Below are positions 35,701 to 47,400 of a DNA stretch of 64,000 nt, piece after piece. This DNA comes from Narcine bancroftii (lineage: Eukaryota). Under the pieces are notes generated by a model. It saw only the letters and a list, made by a program, of their open reading frames with translations, searched no databases and was not told the DNA's origin. The stretch lies in contig NW_027211972.1 in assembly GCF_036971445.1 (NCBI RefSeq), positions 248,001 through 312,000 of the forward strand. The letters run 5' to 3'. The first letter of the stretch is position 1; each line of letters begins with the position of its first letter. The position numbers were made by a program, and so were the translations under genes.

Positions 35701-38700
35701 CGAGAGAGGGGGAGCGATCAGTCCCCGAGAGAGGGGGAGCGATCAGTCCCCGAGAGAGGGGGAGCGATCAGTCCCCGAGAGAGGGGGAGCGATCAGTCCC
35801 CGAGAGAGGGGGAGCGATCAGTCCCCGAGAGAGGGGGAGCGATCAGTCCCCGAGAGAGGGGGAGCGATCAGTCCCCGAGAGAGGGGGAGCGATCAGTCCC
35901 CGAGAGAGGGGGAGCGATCAGTCCCCGAGAGAGGGGGAGCGATCATCCCCGAGAGAGGGGGAGCGATCAGTCCCCGAGAGAGGGGGAGCGATCAGTCCCC
36001 GAGAGAGGGGGAGCGATCAGTCCCCCGAGAGAGGGGGAGCGATCAGGTCCCCGTGAGAGGGGGAGCGATCAGTCCCCGAGAGAGGGGGAGCGATCAGTCC
36101 CCGAGAGAGGGGGAGCGATCAGTCCCCGAGAGAGGGGGAGCGATCAGTCCCCGAGAGAGGGGGAGCGATCAGTCCCCGAGAGAGGGGAGCGATCAGTCCC
36201 CGAGAGAGGGGGAGCGATCAGTCCCCGAGAGAGGGGGAGCGATCAGTCCCCGAGAGAGGGGGAGCGATCAGTCCCCGAGAGAGGGGGAGCGATCAGTCCC
36301 CGAGAGAGGGGGAGCGATCAGTCCCCGAGAGAGGGGGAGCGATCAGTCCCCGAGAGAGGGGGAGCGATCAGTCCCCGAGAGAGGGGAGCGATCAGTCCCC
36401 GAGAGAGGGGGAGCGATCAGTCCCCGAGAGAGGGGGGAGCGATCAGTCCCCGAGAGAGGGGGGAGCGATCAGTCCCCGAGAGAGGGGGAGCGATCAGTCC
36501 CCGAGAGAGGGGGAGCGATCAGTCCCCGAGAGAGGGGGAGCGATCAGTCCCCGAGAGAGGGGGAGCGATCAGTCCCCGAGAGAGGGGGAGCGATCAGTCC
36601 CCGAGAGAGGGGGAGCGATCAGTCCCCGAGAGAGGGGGAGCGATCAGTCCCCGAGAGAGGGGGAGCGATCAGTCCCCGAGAGAGGGGGAGCGATCAGTCC
36701 CCGAGAGAGGGGGAGCGATCAGTCCCCGAGAGAGGGGGAGCGATCAGTCCCCGAGAGAGGGGGAGCGATCAGTCCCCGAGAGAGGGGGAGCGATCAGTCC
36801 CCGAGAGAGGGGGAGCGATCAGTCCCCGAGAGAGGGGGAGCGATCAGTCCCCGAGAGAGGGGGAGCGATCAGTCCCCGAGAGAGGGGGAGCGATCAGTCC
36901 CCGAGAGAGGGGGAGCGATCAGTCCCCGAGAGAGGGGGAGCGATCAGTCCCCGAGAGAGGGGGAGCGATCAGTCCCCGAGAGAGGGGGAGCGATCAGTCC
37001 CCGAGAGAGGGGGAGCGATCAGTCCCCGAGAGAGGGGGAGCGATCAGTCCCCGAGAGAGGGGGAGCGATCAGTCCCCGAGAGAGGGGGAGCGATCAGTCC
37101 CCGAGAGAGGGGGAGCGATCAGTCCCCGAGAGAGGGGGAGCGATCAGTCCCCGAGAGAGGGGGAGCGATCAGTCCCCGAGAGAGGGGGAGCGATCAGTCC
37201 CCGAGAGAGGGGGAGCGATCAGTCCCCGAGAGAGGGGGAGCGATCAGTCCCCGAGAGAGGGGGAGCGATCAGTCCCCGAGAGAGGGGGAGCGATCAGTCC
37301 CCGAGAGAGGGGGAGCGATCAGTCCCCGAGAGAGGGGGAGCGATCAGTCCCCGAGAGAGGGGGAGCGATCAGTCCCCGAGAGAGGGGGAGCGATCAGTCC
37401 CCGAGAGAGGGGGAGCGATCAGTCCCCGAGAGAGGGGGAGCGATCAGTCCCCGAGAGAGGGGGAGCGATCAGTCCCCGAGAGAGGGGGAGCGATCAGTCC
37501 CCGAGAGAGGGGGAGCGATCAGTCCCCGAGAGAGGGGGAGGGATCAGTTCCCGAGAGAGGGATCAGTCCCCGAGAGAGGGATCAGTCCCCGAGAGAGGGA
37601 TCAGTCCCCGAGAGAGAGAGGTCAGTCCCCGAGAGAGAGAGGTCAGTCCCCGAGAGAGAGAGGTCAGTCCCCGAGAGAGGGGGGGGCAGAGCCCAGTGCC
37701 CGAGAGGGAGGGGGGGCAGAGCCCAGTGCCCGAGAGGGAGGGGGGGCAGAGCCCAGTGCCCGAGAGGGAGGGGAGGCAGAGCCCAGTCCCCGAGAGGGAG
37801 GGGGGGCAGAGCCCAGTCCCCGAGAGAGGGGGGCAGAGATCAGTCCCAGAGAGGGGGGGGGCAGAGATCAGTCCCAGAGAGGGGGGGCAGAGATCAGTCC
37901 CAGAGATGGGGGGCAGAGATCAGTCCCAGGGAGGGGGGGCAGAGATCAGTCCCAGAGAGGGGGGGCAGAGATTAGTCCCAGAGAGGGGGGGCGGAGATCA
38001 GTCCCAGAGAGGGGGGGCAGAGATCAGTCCCAGAGAGGGGGGGCAGAGATCAGTCCCAGGGAGGGGGAGCAGAGATCAGTCCCAGGGAGGGGGGGCAGAG
38101 ATCAGTCGCAGAGAGAGTCGGGGGGTGGGGAGGGTGCGGGTGTGGGAGTGAGATCAGTCCCAGTGAGAGGGGAGATCAGTCTCAGATATAGATGAATCTC
38201 TGTAGGTAATGTGATGTAACAGTGAGAAGGGTGAGTTGTCACAGAGGGTGATGGGGGAGGGTAAGAGGGCGAGATGGAGAACGGGGGTGGGGGGAAACAC
38301 ATGTACTGGCCCTGCAGGTCCTTTCCCAGACCCAAATTCTGCTCAGGAACGTGAAACACCCCCCACCCCACATCCGCCGAGACCCCTGACCTGTGGGAGC
38401 GGGAGTCGGCTGGGACAGTGATGAACTCCGGGACGTCTTCCATGGCATCGAAGAATTCGATGTCGTCGTCGTCTTCGTCGCTGAGGTCCCGGCTTCCCCC
38501 GCCTCCTGCAGGGAACAGGGTGAGGGGAGAGGGAGGGGGTGATAGAGGGTGGGGAAGGGTTAGGGAGAGAGAGGGGAAGGTGTGGGAGAGAGAGGGGGGA
38601 AGAGGGGAGGGGTGGTGAGAGTGGGGTGGAATTAGTTGGGGTAGAGGAGCCAGGAACCTCGCAGGATGTGTCAGCACATGGGGGAGGGGAAGGTCCCGGC

Positions 38701-41700
38701 TGTCCCAGGATCAGGAAAACAAGCAGAAGCCCCGGAGCGAGGCCATCCACCGCCCCCTTCTTACCCTTGGCTGGCCCGGTGCTGGGTAGCCTGACGTGGG
38801 CCAGCACGGTGGCCCCGTGAATCGCAGCCCCGGGGCAAGCTACTCTACCTCTGCTCCCTCCTCACCCTTGGCCGGCCCGGCACTGGGCGGTCCAGCGTGG
38901 GGCAGAACGGTGGCCCCGCGGAACGCCCGCTCCAGGTGGTTGTGCTGTTTGGCCAGCTGTTCGAGGGTCTCCTCGAGGCGCCCGCGCCGGTCACGCTCCT
39001 GCTGCAAGGCCCGCTGCCACCGCTTACTGTGGGTCTGGGCCAGGAGGAGGAAGTCCCGACTGGCCTGGAGTGGCAGGGTGAGGGGAGGGGGGGGGGGTAG
39101 AGAGAGAGAGAGAAAGAGAGAGGTGGTCACTTCCCTGGACAGGTGGAGGGGGGTGAGACAGACAGAGAGTGAGGGGGGAAGAGGGGAACGGACAAAGAGA
39201 GATGGACGGACAGAGTGTGGGAAGAGGGGGACGAAGAAAGTGAGCAAGTTGGAGCGAGAGAGGGGCAGCCGTGGACGCAGGAGGGGAGACAGAGGGAGGG
39301 GACATAGAGAGGACACTCCCCGCAGATGGAGGGGTGGTCCGGAGGCCCCCAGACTCACGTTGATCATCGCGTTGGAGGTGATGCGGAACAGTGTGGCCCT
39401 CTCGTTCACCTGCCGCACCTTGTCCCAGCCGTCGGGCGGTGGCCGCAGCCCCTCCAGTTCGGCTAGCGAGCGCTGCAGGGCGGCCCCGTGCTTGGCAATC
39501 AGGTCGTTGCAGGTGGACAGGTCCTCCACCTTGGCCCCCAGCGCCCGCAGGGCCCCCTGCAGCTCTGTCTTCTCACCATGGGTGGGGGCCGGCTCCTCGT
39601 CCGCCGAGTCATCTGACAGGGTGGGGGGGGGGGAAAAGAGAGGGTCAGGGAGAGAGGTGGACCCCCATCCCCTGCTTGCGGTGGTCCCAGATGGAGATAC
39701 CAGCCTTGTCCACGGTCCCAGTTGGAGATACCAACTTCCCTCTGGTCCCACATGGAGATACCCACTTTCTCCTGGTCCCAGATGGAGATACCCACTTTCT
39801 CCTGGTCCCAGATGGAGATACCCCCTTCTCCCTGGTCCCTGATGGAGATAACGCCTTCCCCCGGACCAAGATAGTCCCAGATGGTGATACCTCCTTCCAC
39901 CCGGTCCCAGATGGAGATACACCCTCCCCCCACCCAGTTCCAGATGGTCCTAGATGGGAGATACCCCCTTGTCCCAGATGATGGTCCTAGATGGAGATAC
40001 CCCATTCCCCCTGGCCCCAGATGGTCCAAGGAGATCCCCCTTGTCCCAGATGGAGATACCCCATTCCCCCGGCCCCAGGTGGTCCAAGATGGAAATACCC
40101 CTTCCCCCAGTCCCAGATGGTGATAACCTCTTCCCCTGGCCCCAGATGGTGATAACCTCTTCCCCTGGTCCCAGATGGAGATATCCCCTTCCTCTGCCCC
40201 CATCTCCGTTCCCATGGCAGTCTCGGGCCGGACCCCATCTCCGTCCTCGGGGCAGACCCGGTCTTGCCCCACCTGTCCCTGGGGCGGGACTGGGACTGGG
40301 TGGGAAGTCCTGCATGAAGACCCACGCTTCCCCCCCCCACCTTACCAGACTCGGCCTGCATTCTGACAGCCTTGGCCTTGGCCAGTTCCAGGGCGGTGAC
40401 CCAGCGCTGCCTCTCCACCTCAGATGTGGCCTTCAGGTGGTACGTCTGCGCCCCGCCGTTGGAGATGACAAAGCTGCACGAGTCCTCGACGGTGATGTTC
40501 GCCGTGGCCAGGTTAATGGTGCCCCGGCAGGTGTGGCCCATCTCTGCCTGGGTCCTGGGACGTGGAGGGGGAGAGGGAGTGGGGTGGAAAGATAGGGAAG
40601 GTTGAGAGACACCATGAGTTGAAGATGTTGGAGGTTACAACAAAACCAAAGAGCATTCCAGAATTCAGTTAACATTCCAATAAATCATCAGGAGATAGTC
40701 CCAAACCTGTTGGACCTTTCCCTGTAACTCAGTCCCTGACGTCTCTCCACGACCCTGTCCACCTGTGATGCCACTTTCAGGTGATGATGTCTCTACGTTG
40801 CACCGTGTATGCCCGACATCTGTCCCACTCCTGTCCCTCAAAGCCCTACATCTGTCCCACTGCCCCCCCTCAGTGCCCGACCTCTGTCCCACTGCCCCCC
40901 TCAGTGCCCGACCTCTGTCCCACTGCCCCCCTCAGTGCCCGACCTCTGTCCCACTGCCTCCCTCAGTGCCCGACCTCTGTCCCACTGCCCCCCTTAGTGC
41001 TCGACCTCTGTCCCACTGCCCCCTCAGTGCTCGACCTCTGTCCCACTGCCCTCCTCAGTGCTCGACATCTGTCTCAACGCACCCTTCAGTGCCCGACCAT
41101 TTGCCGTGTACGCCGACCGTTCGTCATTATCTCTCTGGGACTGATCTCCCACACCCCCCCTCTCTGGGACTGATCTCCCACAACCCCCACTGTCTGGGAC
41201 TGATCTCCCCCCCTCCTCACTCTGGGACTGATCTCCCCACCCCCTCCTCTCTGTGAGACTGATCTCTCCCCCCCCTCTGTCTCTGGGACTGATTCCCCCC
41301 CTCCCCTCCTCTCTGTGGGACTGATTTCCCCCCCTCTCTCTCTGGGACTGAATTCCCCCTTTCTCCTGGACATCTCTCCCCCTCTCCTTCTGTGACACCT
41401 TGTTCTTTCCCCTGTTACGTCACTCATTGCCTCACACCCAGACACCCCCTCCTACACACGGGCACCCCTCTCGCAAAGGGATGGAGGGAGGCAGGAGCAA
41501 AGGGGGAGCATAGAGAGAGGGAGGGGGAAGGAGGATAAAGAGGGGGAGATGAATAATAGATGGGCCCTGACAGACAACTCGAAAACACCTGATCTCTGCC
41601 TCTCACGTTACTGGCATTGCTTCATCCACCAACAGGAGTGTGGGAGTGGGGAAAGAGACAGAGGAAGAGAGAGTGGGGGGGGGTGGGGGGGAGAGAGAGA

Positions 41701-42592
41701 GAGAGGGGATTGGGGGATGAGAGAGGAGGGGAGAGAGGGGGCAAGTAGAGAGAGAAGGGGAGGTGACAGGGGAGGGGATTGGTGGATAAGAGAGGGGAAG
41801 GGATTGGTACTCTAACCTTTTTTCTTCGGAGTGGAGAAGAATGAGAGGGGACTTACTGGGGGTCTGACCAGCTGAGGCAGGGGCCGGCGGCCGTTTAGCA
41901 GGGGCCGGATTGGACAACCACAGAGGAGAAAGTGAGAGGGGAGGAGGGGACAGGGTTAGGGGAGGAGGGGACAGGGTTAGGGTTCAGGGGACGTTGAAGA
42001 AACTCGTAGACACAGGGGTGGAAGGGGAATCCAGGGGGATGGGTCGTAGGATCCATGTTTCTCGCTGGGCATGAAACCCCTCGCTCCCCGCGCAGACCAT
42101 TCCTGCGCCTACACGAGCCGCATACAATTCTCCTCTCCCAGAGGCCGTCTCCTCGCACCAAACCCAGGCCCTGACCCCCACCCATGGCCCTGAGGCCCAC
42201 CCTTGGGCCAACCCCCTACCCCGAGACCCTGAACACCCACCCGCACCCCTTGGCCCTGAGCTCTGCCCCCAGCCCCTGAGGCCACCCGCGGGCTTTGAGG
42301 CCTACCTAGAGGCCCTGACCTCCGCCCCCGGGCCTTGAGGCCTACCCCCAGGCTCTGACCTCCGCTCCCGGGCCTTGAGGCCTACCCCCAGGCTCTGACC
42401 TCCGCTCCCGGGCCTTGAGGCCCACCCCCGGCCCCCGCACCTGTAGTAGCTGAGCAGCCCGTTGCTGAGCACGAACCAGCGCCGCTGGTAGCCCTTCAGG
42501 TAGTTGGTCCACTTAAAGAGCCAGCCCTTGTACGTGTCGGCCGGCGCCTTGGCGTCCGCCATGTTCCCGCCAGGCTTCGCCCCACCGGCCAT
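29709..42592 (-). CDS. OSBP: Oxysterol-binding protein 1 (PH-FFAT-ORD), 14 exons, intact
   Basis: Exons 42592(or 42562)-42441 ([33 protein letters not shown]), 40554-40346, 39612-39359, 39064-38866, 38505-38391 (FFAT motif EFFDAME), 33655-33601, 33460-33287, 33108-32863 ([31 protein letters not shown]), 32697-32577 (EQ|VSHHPP signature), 31937-31834, 30821-30726, 30564-30380, 30226-30015 and 29857-29709 (..DWGRCPEIF*). Minus-strand AATAAA at 28933-28938. Confidence 0.96.
30890..31730. repeat. 20-bp near-perfect tandem array (GGCGGCGGGTGGGAGGGAGA) in an OSBP intron
   Basis: About 42 units. It is the source of several spurious 300-430 aa ORFs. Confidence 0.97.
33710..38150. repeat. 4.4-kb compound satellite built on a GATCAG(G/T)CCCCGAGAGAG core (25-, 21-, ~29- and 25-nt sub-arrays)
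   Basis: GAGATCAGGCCCCGAGAGAGGGGCA (33720-34435), then GATCAGTCCCCGAGAGAGAGA, then GATCAGTCCCCGAGAGAGGGGGAGC (~35500-37540). It fills OSBP intron 5. Confidence 0.97.
39680..41360. repeat. Intronic minisatellites of OSBP (GGTCCCAGATGGAGATACCCC; 31-bp GTGCCCGACCTCTGTCCCACTGCCCCCCTCA; CTCTGGGACTGATCTCCCC)
   Basis: Three separate tandem arrays at ~39680-40190, ~40850-41060 and ~41140-41360. OSBP exon 2 lies between the first two. Confidence 0.85.
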
Positions 42593-43530
42593 TGGGCCGG
42601 TGCCGCAGACGCTACGCGCCCTGATTGGCCGGCCGGTGCGTCGGTCAGCGGGACGTAAGTCCACCCTCCTGTTAGTCGCCCATTGGCCAGTACTGCTGGT
42701 CGCCGGGGAGCTATTGGTCGGGTATGGCGTCAATCAGTCGGCTGAGCGAGGGTGTGAATTCGATCACCATCCTGGCTCCCATTGGCCCGCGCAGATGGGC
42801 CACGGCGAATCTTTGCCCGTGCGATGTGTCAATCAGCGAGCTGGGCGAGGGAACGCAACAAAGGGAGTGAGTCCGCCACCCCTCTTGGCTCCTATTGGCC
42901 GGCGCTGCTGGGTGAAAACGAGGCGTCAATCAGCGGGCTTGGACCGGAGGGGGATGTAGTAGGGTATGTGTCTCCGCCTTCATTCCAGGGATCGATTGGC
43001 CCACTGCGATGCCCATCAAAGCCTCATTGGCCGCGTATCACGTCAATCAGTGATGATGGATGTTCTGCGTCATAGAGATGAGAACCCGCCCTGTACAGCC
43101 GTCCATCGGCTCGTTCCGGCGCTGCTCAGCGCCTCGTTGGTTCATCAGGGGGTCGGGTCGACAGAGAAGCCGGCGCCCAATGGACTGCGCTTCCGTCGGT
43201 CAGGGTTACAACGTAAGACGCTGCGCCCGCCCTCGGCCGCTATGATTGGTCCAGACGCGCGTTATTCTGGAGACGTGACAATACCCCAAACCACCGCCAT
43301 CTCATGACGTCAGAATACCATAAGCTCGCCTATGCACCCTTGATTGATTCAAGCGGTCGTCACTCTGCGATACGTCTGAAACCTCACCCAACAACCAGAA
43401 TGGACCTGTTTGTGTCCGCGTCATGAATGTCTGACGTCAGAATGCCAAACGCCCGCCCGTCCGTTCTGGTCGAGAGCCGATTAGCGGGCTCCGCTGTCAC
43501 TCATGGCCCTGAGGACTGCGAGTGATTGAC
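42593..43530 (-). promoter_or_regulatory. OSBP CpG-rich promoter
   Basis: Many ATTGG/CAATC boxes and two palindromic CRE sites (TGACGTCA) at ~43305 and ~43432. Confidence 0.7.
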
Positions 43531-44475
43531 AGGTACCCAAGCTACCTCACTACCCTGTAAGCGCTCCCTCACCGCTATGCACGCTCCTCAAGCCCGGGAG
43601 CGCTCCCTCAATGCCGTCCACGTGCCCTCTCTGCCACGGGCGCCCTCCCTCGCTGCCCTGTACCCTCGATCCCCATTCCACGCTCCCTCTGCCTTGCAGC
43701 CTCGCTCCCCATTGCACGCTCTCTCACTACACTGGGAGGACTCCCTCACTGACTTGCAGCCTTGCTTCCCATTGCATGCTCCCTCACCCCGCTGGGAGGG
43801 CTCCCTCAATACCCTGCAGCCTCGTTCCCCATTGCATGCTCCCTTACTGCCTTGCAGCCTTGCTCCCCATTGCACGCTCCCTCACTCACTCTGAATGCTC
43901 CCTTACTCACCTGGGAGGGATCCCTCACTGCCATGCACCTTCGATCCCCATTGCATGATCCCTCAGTCTCTCTAGATATACTCTCACTCCGTCAGAGGGC
44001 ACCCTCACTGCCTTGCAGCCTCATTCCCCATAAACCAGGAAACGAGGCAAAGGGAGGTTTCCTGTAACTCAGTCCCTGACATCCGGGCAACATCCCAGTA
44101 AATCTTCAGGGGATGAAGCCCTGAACCTTTCAGACCTTTCCCTGTAACAGTAAATCTTCAGTGACTCCACTCGACTGGATAACAGTTTGTAAAAAGCGTT
44201 CTTTAATAGTGAGTCGAGACTTTTCATAAAAAGGGATGGGGGGGTGAGGGAGAGAGAGAGGGGGAGTGAGAGGGAAGGGGAGAGAGGGGGAGGGAAGAGT
44301 TAGAGGGGCATAGCAAATATCGCCCCAGATCCAACCCCAGTCCCCGGGGAGGAGAAGGAGGTGTTGACGAGGGAGGGAGGGAGGCAGCCTGTCGGCTAGA
44401 AGACCCTCCATCAGGGATGGATGTGGGTGGGAGAGGGATTAGCGGAGACCCCTCCAAGTGGGTTGCCTGAATCCA

Positions 44476-47400
44476 TCAACGGCAGAAGCTCAACCGGTTA
44501 TCCATGTTTAACCTGTGGGAGAGAGGGGGAGGGGGAGAGAGAGGGGGAAGAGGAATTATTCTTGATACCCCCAACATCAGGGGGAACAGGGTTGAGGAGG
44601 GGGGTAATGGAACGAGGGAACAAGGGAGAGGGTGGGAACGGAGGGAACGAGGCAGAGGGGAAACGGAGAGGACTCACTGTGGCCTGGATCCAAGGAGAGG
44701 GAGTCAAGGCCCTTCCCTGCGCTGGGAAACGAGAGCAGGAACCTCAGACGGGGACATTGTCTGCCGAACGTAGTAACTGCTGAGTACTGTGACTACCAGG
44801 TCCGTCCTGGCAGAAGGGGAGAGAGGGGTCATATCTCTGTTCAGTGACACTCCCCACCATTCACCGTGTCGGTTCCTGTACCCCGAGGTCTCCCTTTTCC
44901 CCATTGTATCGGTCCCCATACCCTGAGATCTCTCTGTTCCCCACCGTTCACCATGTCAGTCCCATACCCTGAGGTCACTCTGTCCCCCACCGTTCCCCGT
45001 GGGAGGTCAGGGGTGGGTTCCCGGAACGTTGTTCCCGCAACGTTTCCCCTCTCGACTCACCATTCACTGTCTTGCTGTGAACCGCTCTCCACTTCCAATC
45101 TCTCACCCTGGTTCAGGATGGCGTGGAACAGGGTTAGTCCGAACTGTGGGGGGAGAGAGAAAGGGGGGAGAGAAGTTGAGTGAAGGTCCTGTCTTGTCCT
45201 CAGTTCCGTGGGACCATTTCCAATCATTCCCTCCCCTCCCAACTCCCTCCAACCCCTTCCCTTACCCCCCCTCCCCCCATACCTTGCTCTGCACCACCGC
45301 CGCCAGGTTCTCTCCTCTCCCCCCGACCAGCTGGTTCAGGACCTGCGTGAGGGTCCGAGGCGTCACCTGCGTCAACAGCCGGACGAAGGGGTCCTCGAAG
45401 CAGGGGAGGACCTGCCCAGCGTAGGGAGAGAGAAAGAGGCACGGTGAGGTTCCGTTTCCCGGTCGCTCCCCATGCGCGCACCCACCCACTCTCCAGCCGG
45501 CCAGTTCTGGACGCACTTTGTCAATACCCTCTCTGTTATGTGCTCGTCACTCTTTCCTACTATCGATTCCGCCAGAGAGATGAGGAAATCAACAGGCAGT
45601 TGGGGTGGATCTTCACCAGGCCGCGCTCGGGAAGGCCCGTGTTGGTACAAAGCATGTTGCCCCGTCCATGCAGGGAGGAGTCAGCGAGACAGAGAAACCC
45701 CGCATTGCATTTCTGGACCGGACAGTGGACCCCCTACCCGCCACCCCCCCCCTCACCTCGTCCTGGGCGTCCTTCTTGGAGAGGAGAGGCAGGTGCCGTG
45801 CAGTGGCGAGGAGGAACTGGGTGGCCTCCTCCGTCCCAAGGAGGGAGAGGGTGCGTGCAACCAGGCGCTTGCCCTTTCGGATGGACATCACCTGGAGAAA
45901 TTCATCATCGCTGGGTCTGCAGGGGGAGGAGGGGGGGGGGGGAGAAAGAGAGAGGGTGGGGAGATAAAGGGGAGAACGGTGGGGGGGAAGAGAAATGTCA
46001 TCAACGTGAGAGCCACATACACCTGGCCCAATTCAATTCCTTCCTCTCTTGCCCCCCCCACTCCTCACCTCTCAGACCCCAGGAGTTGCCTTCCCCGAAG
46101 GTTACGGTAGATCTGGTCGATCTTGGCCTTGCGGGCTTGATCGATCTTCACTGTCTCCTCACCTGCGCCCAGGCGGAGAGTCTGCTCGAGGTCCAATACC
46201 TCGAGGAGCAGGGTGTACGTCTGTGGGGGAGAGAGAGAGAGGGGAGCGATGGGGGAGAAAGTGGGTGAGAGAGGGAGGAGAGATCGCGGGGGAGGGAGAG
46301 TCGAGGGGGGTGGGAGGGTCAAGGGGAGGGAGGTTGAGGGGGAGGGAGATTGAGGGGGAGGGGGAAGGAGATTGAGGGGAAGGGAGAGAGGGGGTGGGAC
46401 ATCGAGAGAGTGGAAGATTGAGGGAAGGGGAGTTACAATGACTGGTAAGGGAGATCAAGGGAGTAGGGGAGATGGTTTTAAACCCAAACCTTTTCGATGT
46501 TGTGAAGCGTTTGACGTCTGCGATCACGAACCAACTGATCCTTTGATTCCTAGAGGGTGGGGAAGAGGTGGGATAGAGGGGGGAGAGAGGGGGGGGGAGG
46601 GTGAGAGAGATAGGGAGAGGGTAGGAGAGAGGGGTTGGGTGAGAGAGACGGGGAGTGGGGGTGAGGGGAGGAGATCAATCAAATCTGGTCCATGGTGGGT
46701 CTCGTTCCCCGTACAGGGTAGACCGGAGGGTGAGGTGAACTTACATCGTCTTCTGCCCGAGGGGTGACCACAGCATCGATCATCTTCCGGGATTGTTAAC
46801 GCTGGAGATCGTGAGTTTCCCAGAGACCCCTCGAACTGCACTGTGGGGAACAGAGAGACTCAGAACGGGATCCCGTCCTGTCCCACACTCCCGGGATGGG
46901 GACACAGAGCGAAGCCCCGTCCCATCACACACTCCCGGGGTGGGGACACAGAGCGAGGCCCCGTCCCATCACACACTCCCAGGGCGGGGACACAGAATGA
47001 AGCCCCGTCCCCGTCACACACTCCCGGGTGGGGACACAGAGCAAAGCCCTGTCCTTTCACACACTCCTAGCTTTGGACACAGAGCGAAGGCCTGTCCCAT
47101 CACACACCCCCCGGGTCAGGGACACAGAGGGAAGACCCGTCCCTGTCACACTCCCGCGGCAGGAACACAGAGGGAAGGACCCGTCTCGTCACACATTCCC
47201 GGGGAGGGGACACAGAATGAAGCCCTGTCCCGTCACATACTCCTGGGGAGGGGACGCAAAGAGAATCTCCATCCTGTCGTACGCGCCCGGGACTTACCGG
47301 GTCGGTACGACTGATCGTGTCGCACTAACTGGGGGGTGATCAACCGCGTCTTCCCTCTCCTGGATGTCTCTGAGCTGATGTGTTTCAGATTTCTCAGCTG

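Noticed and set aside
33638-37975. 1445-aa ORF and overlapping 402-aa ORF
   Set aside because: They are translations of a stop-free satellite, antisense within an OSBP intron, with no domain content.
42600-44100. tRNA or snRNA genes near OSBP/PATL1
   Set aside because: I found no A/B-box pair or cloverleaf by eye. The region is promoter plus minisatellite.
44704-44706. PATL1 in-frame TGA as selenocysteine or programmed readthrough
   Set aside because: The aligned position is not a conserved Cys and no SECIS is recognisable in the 3'UTR. A nonsense change or error is simpler.
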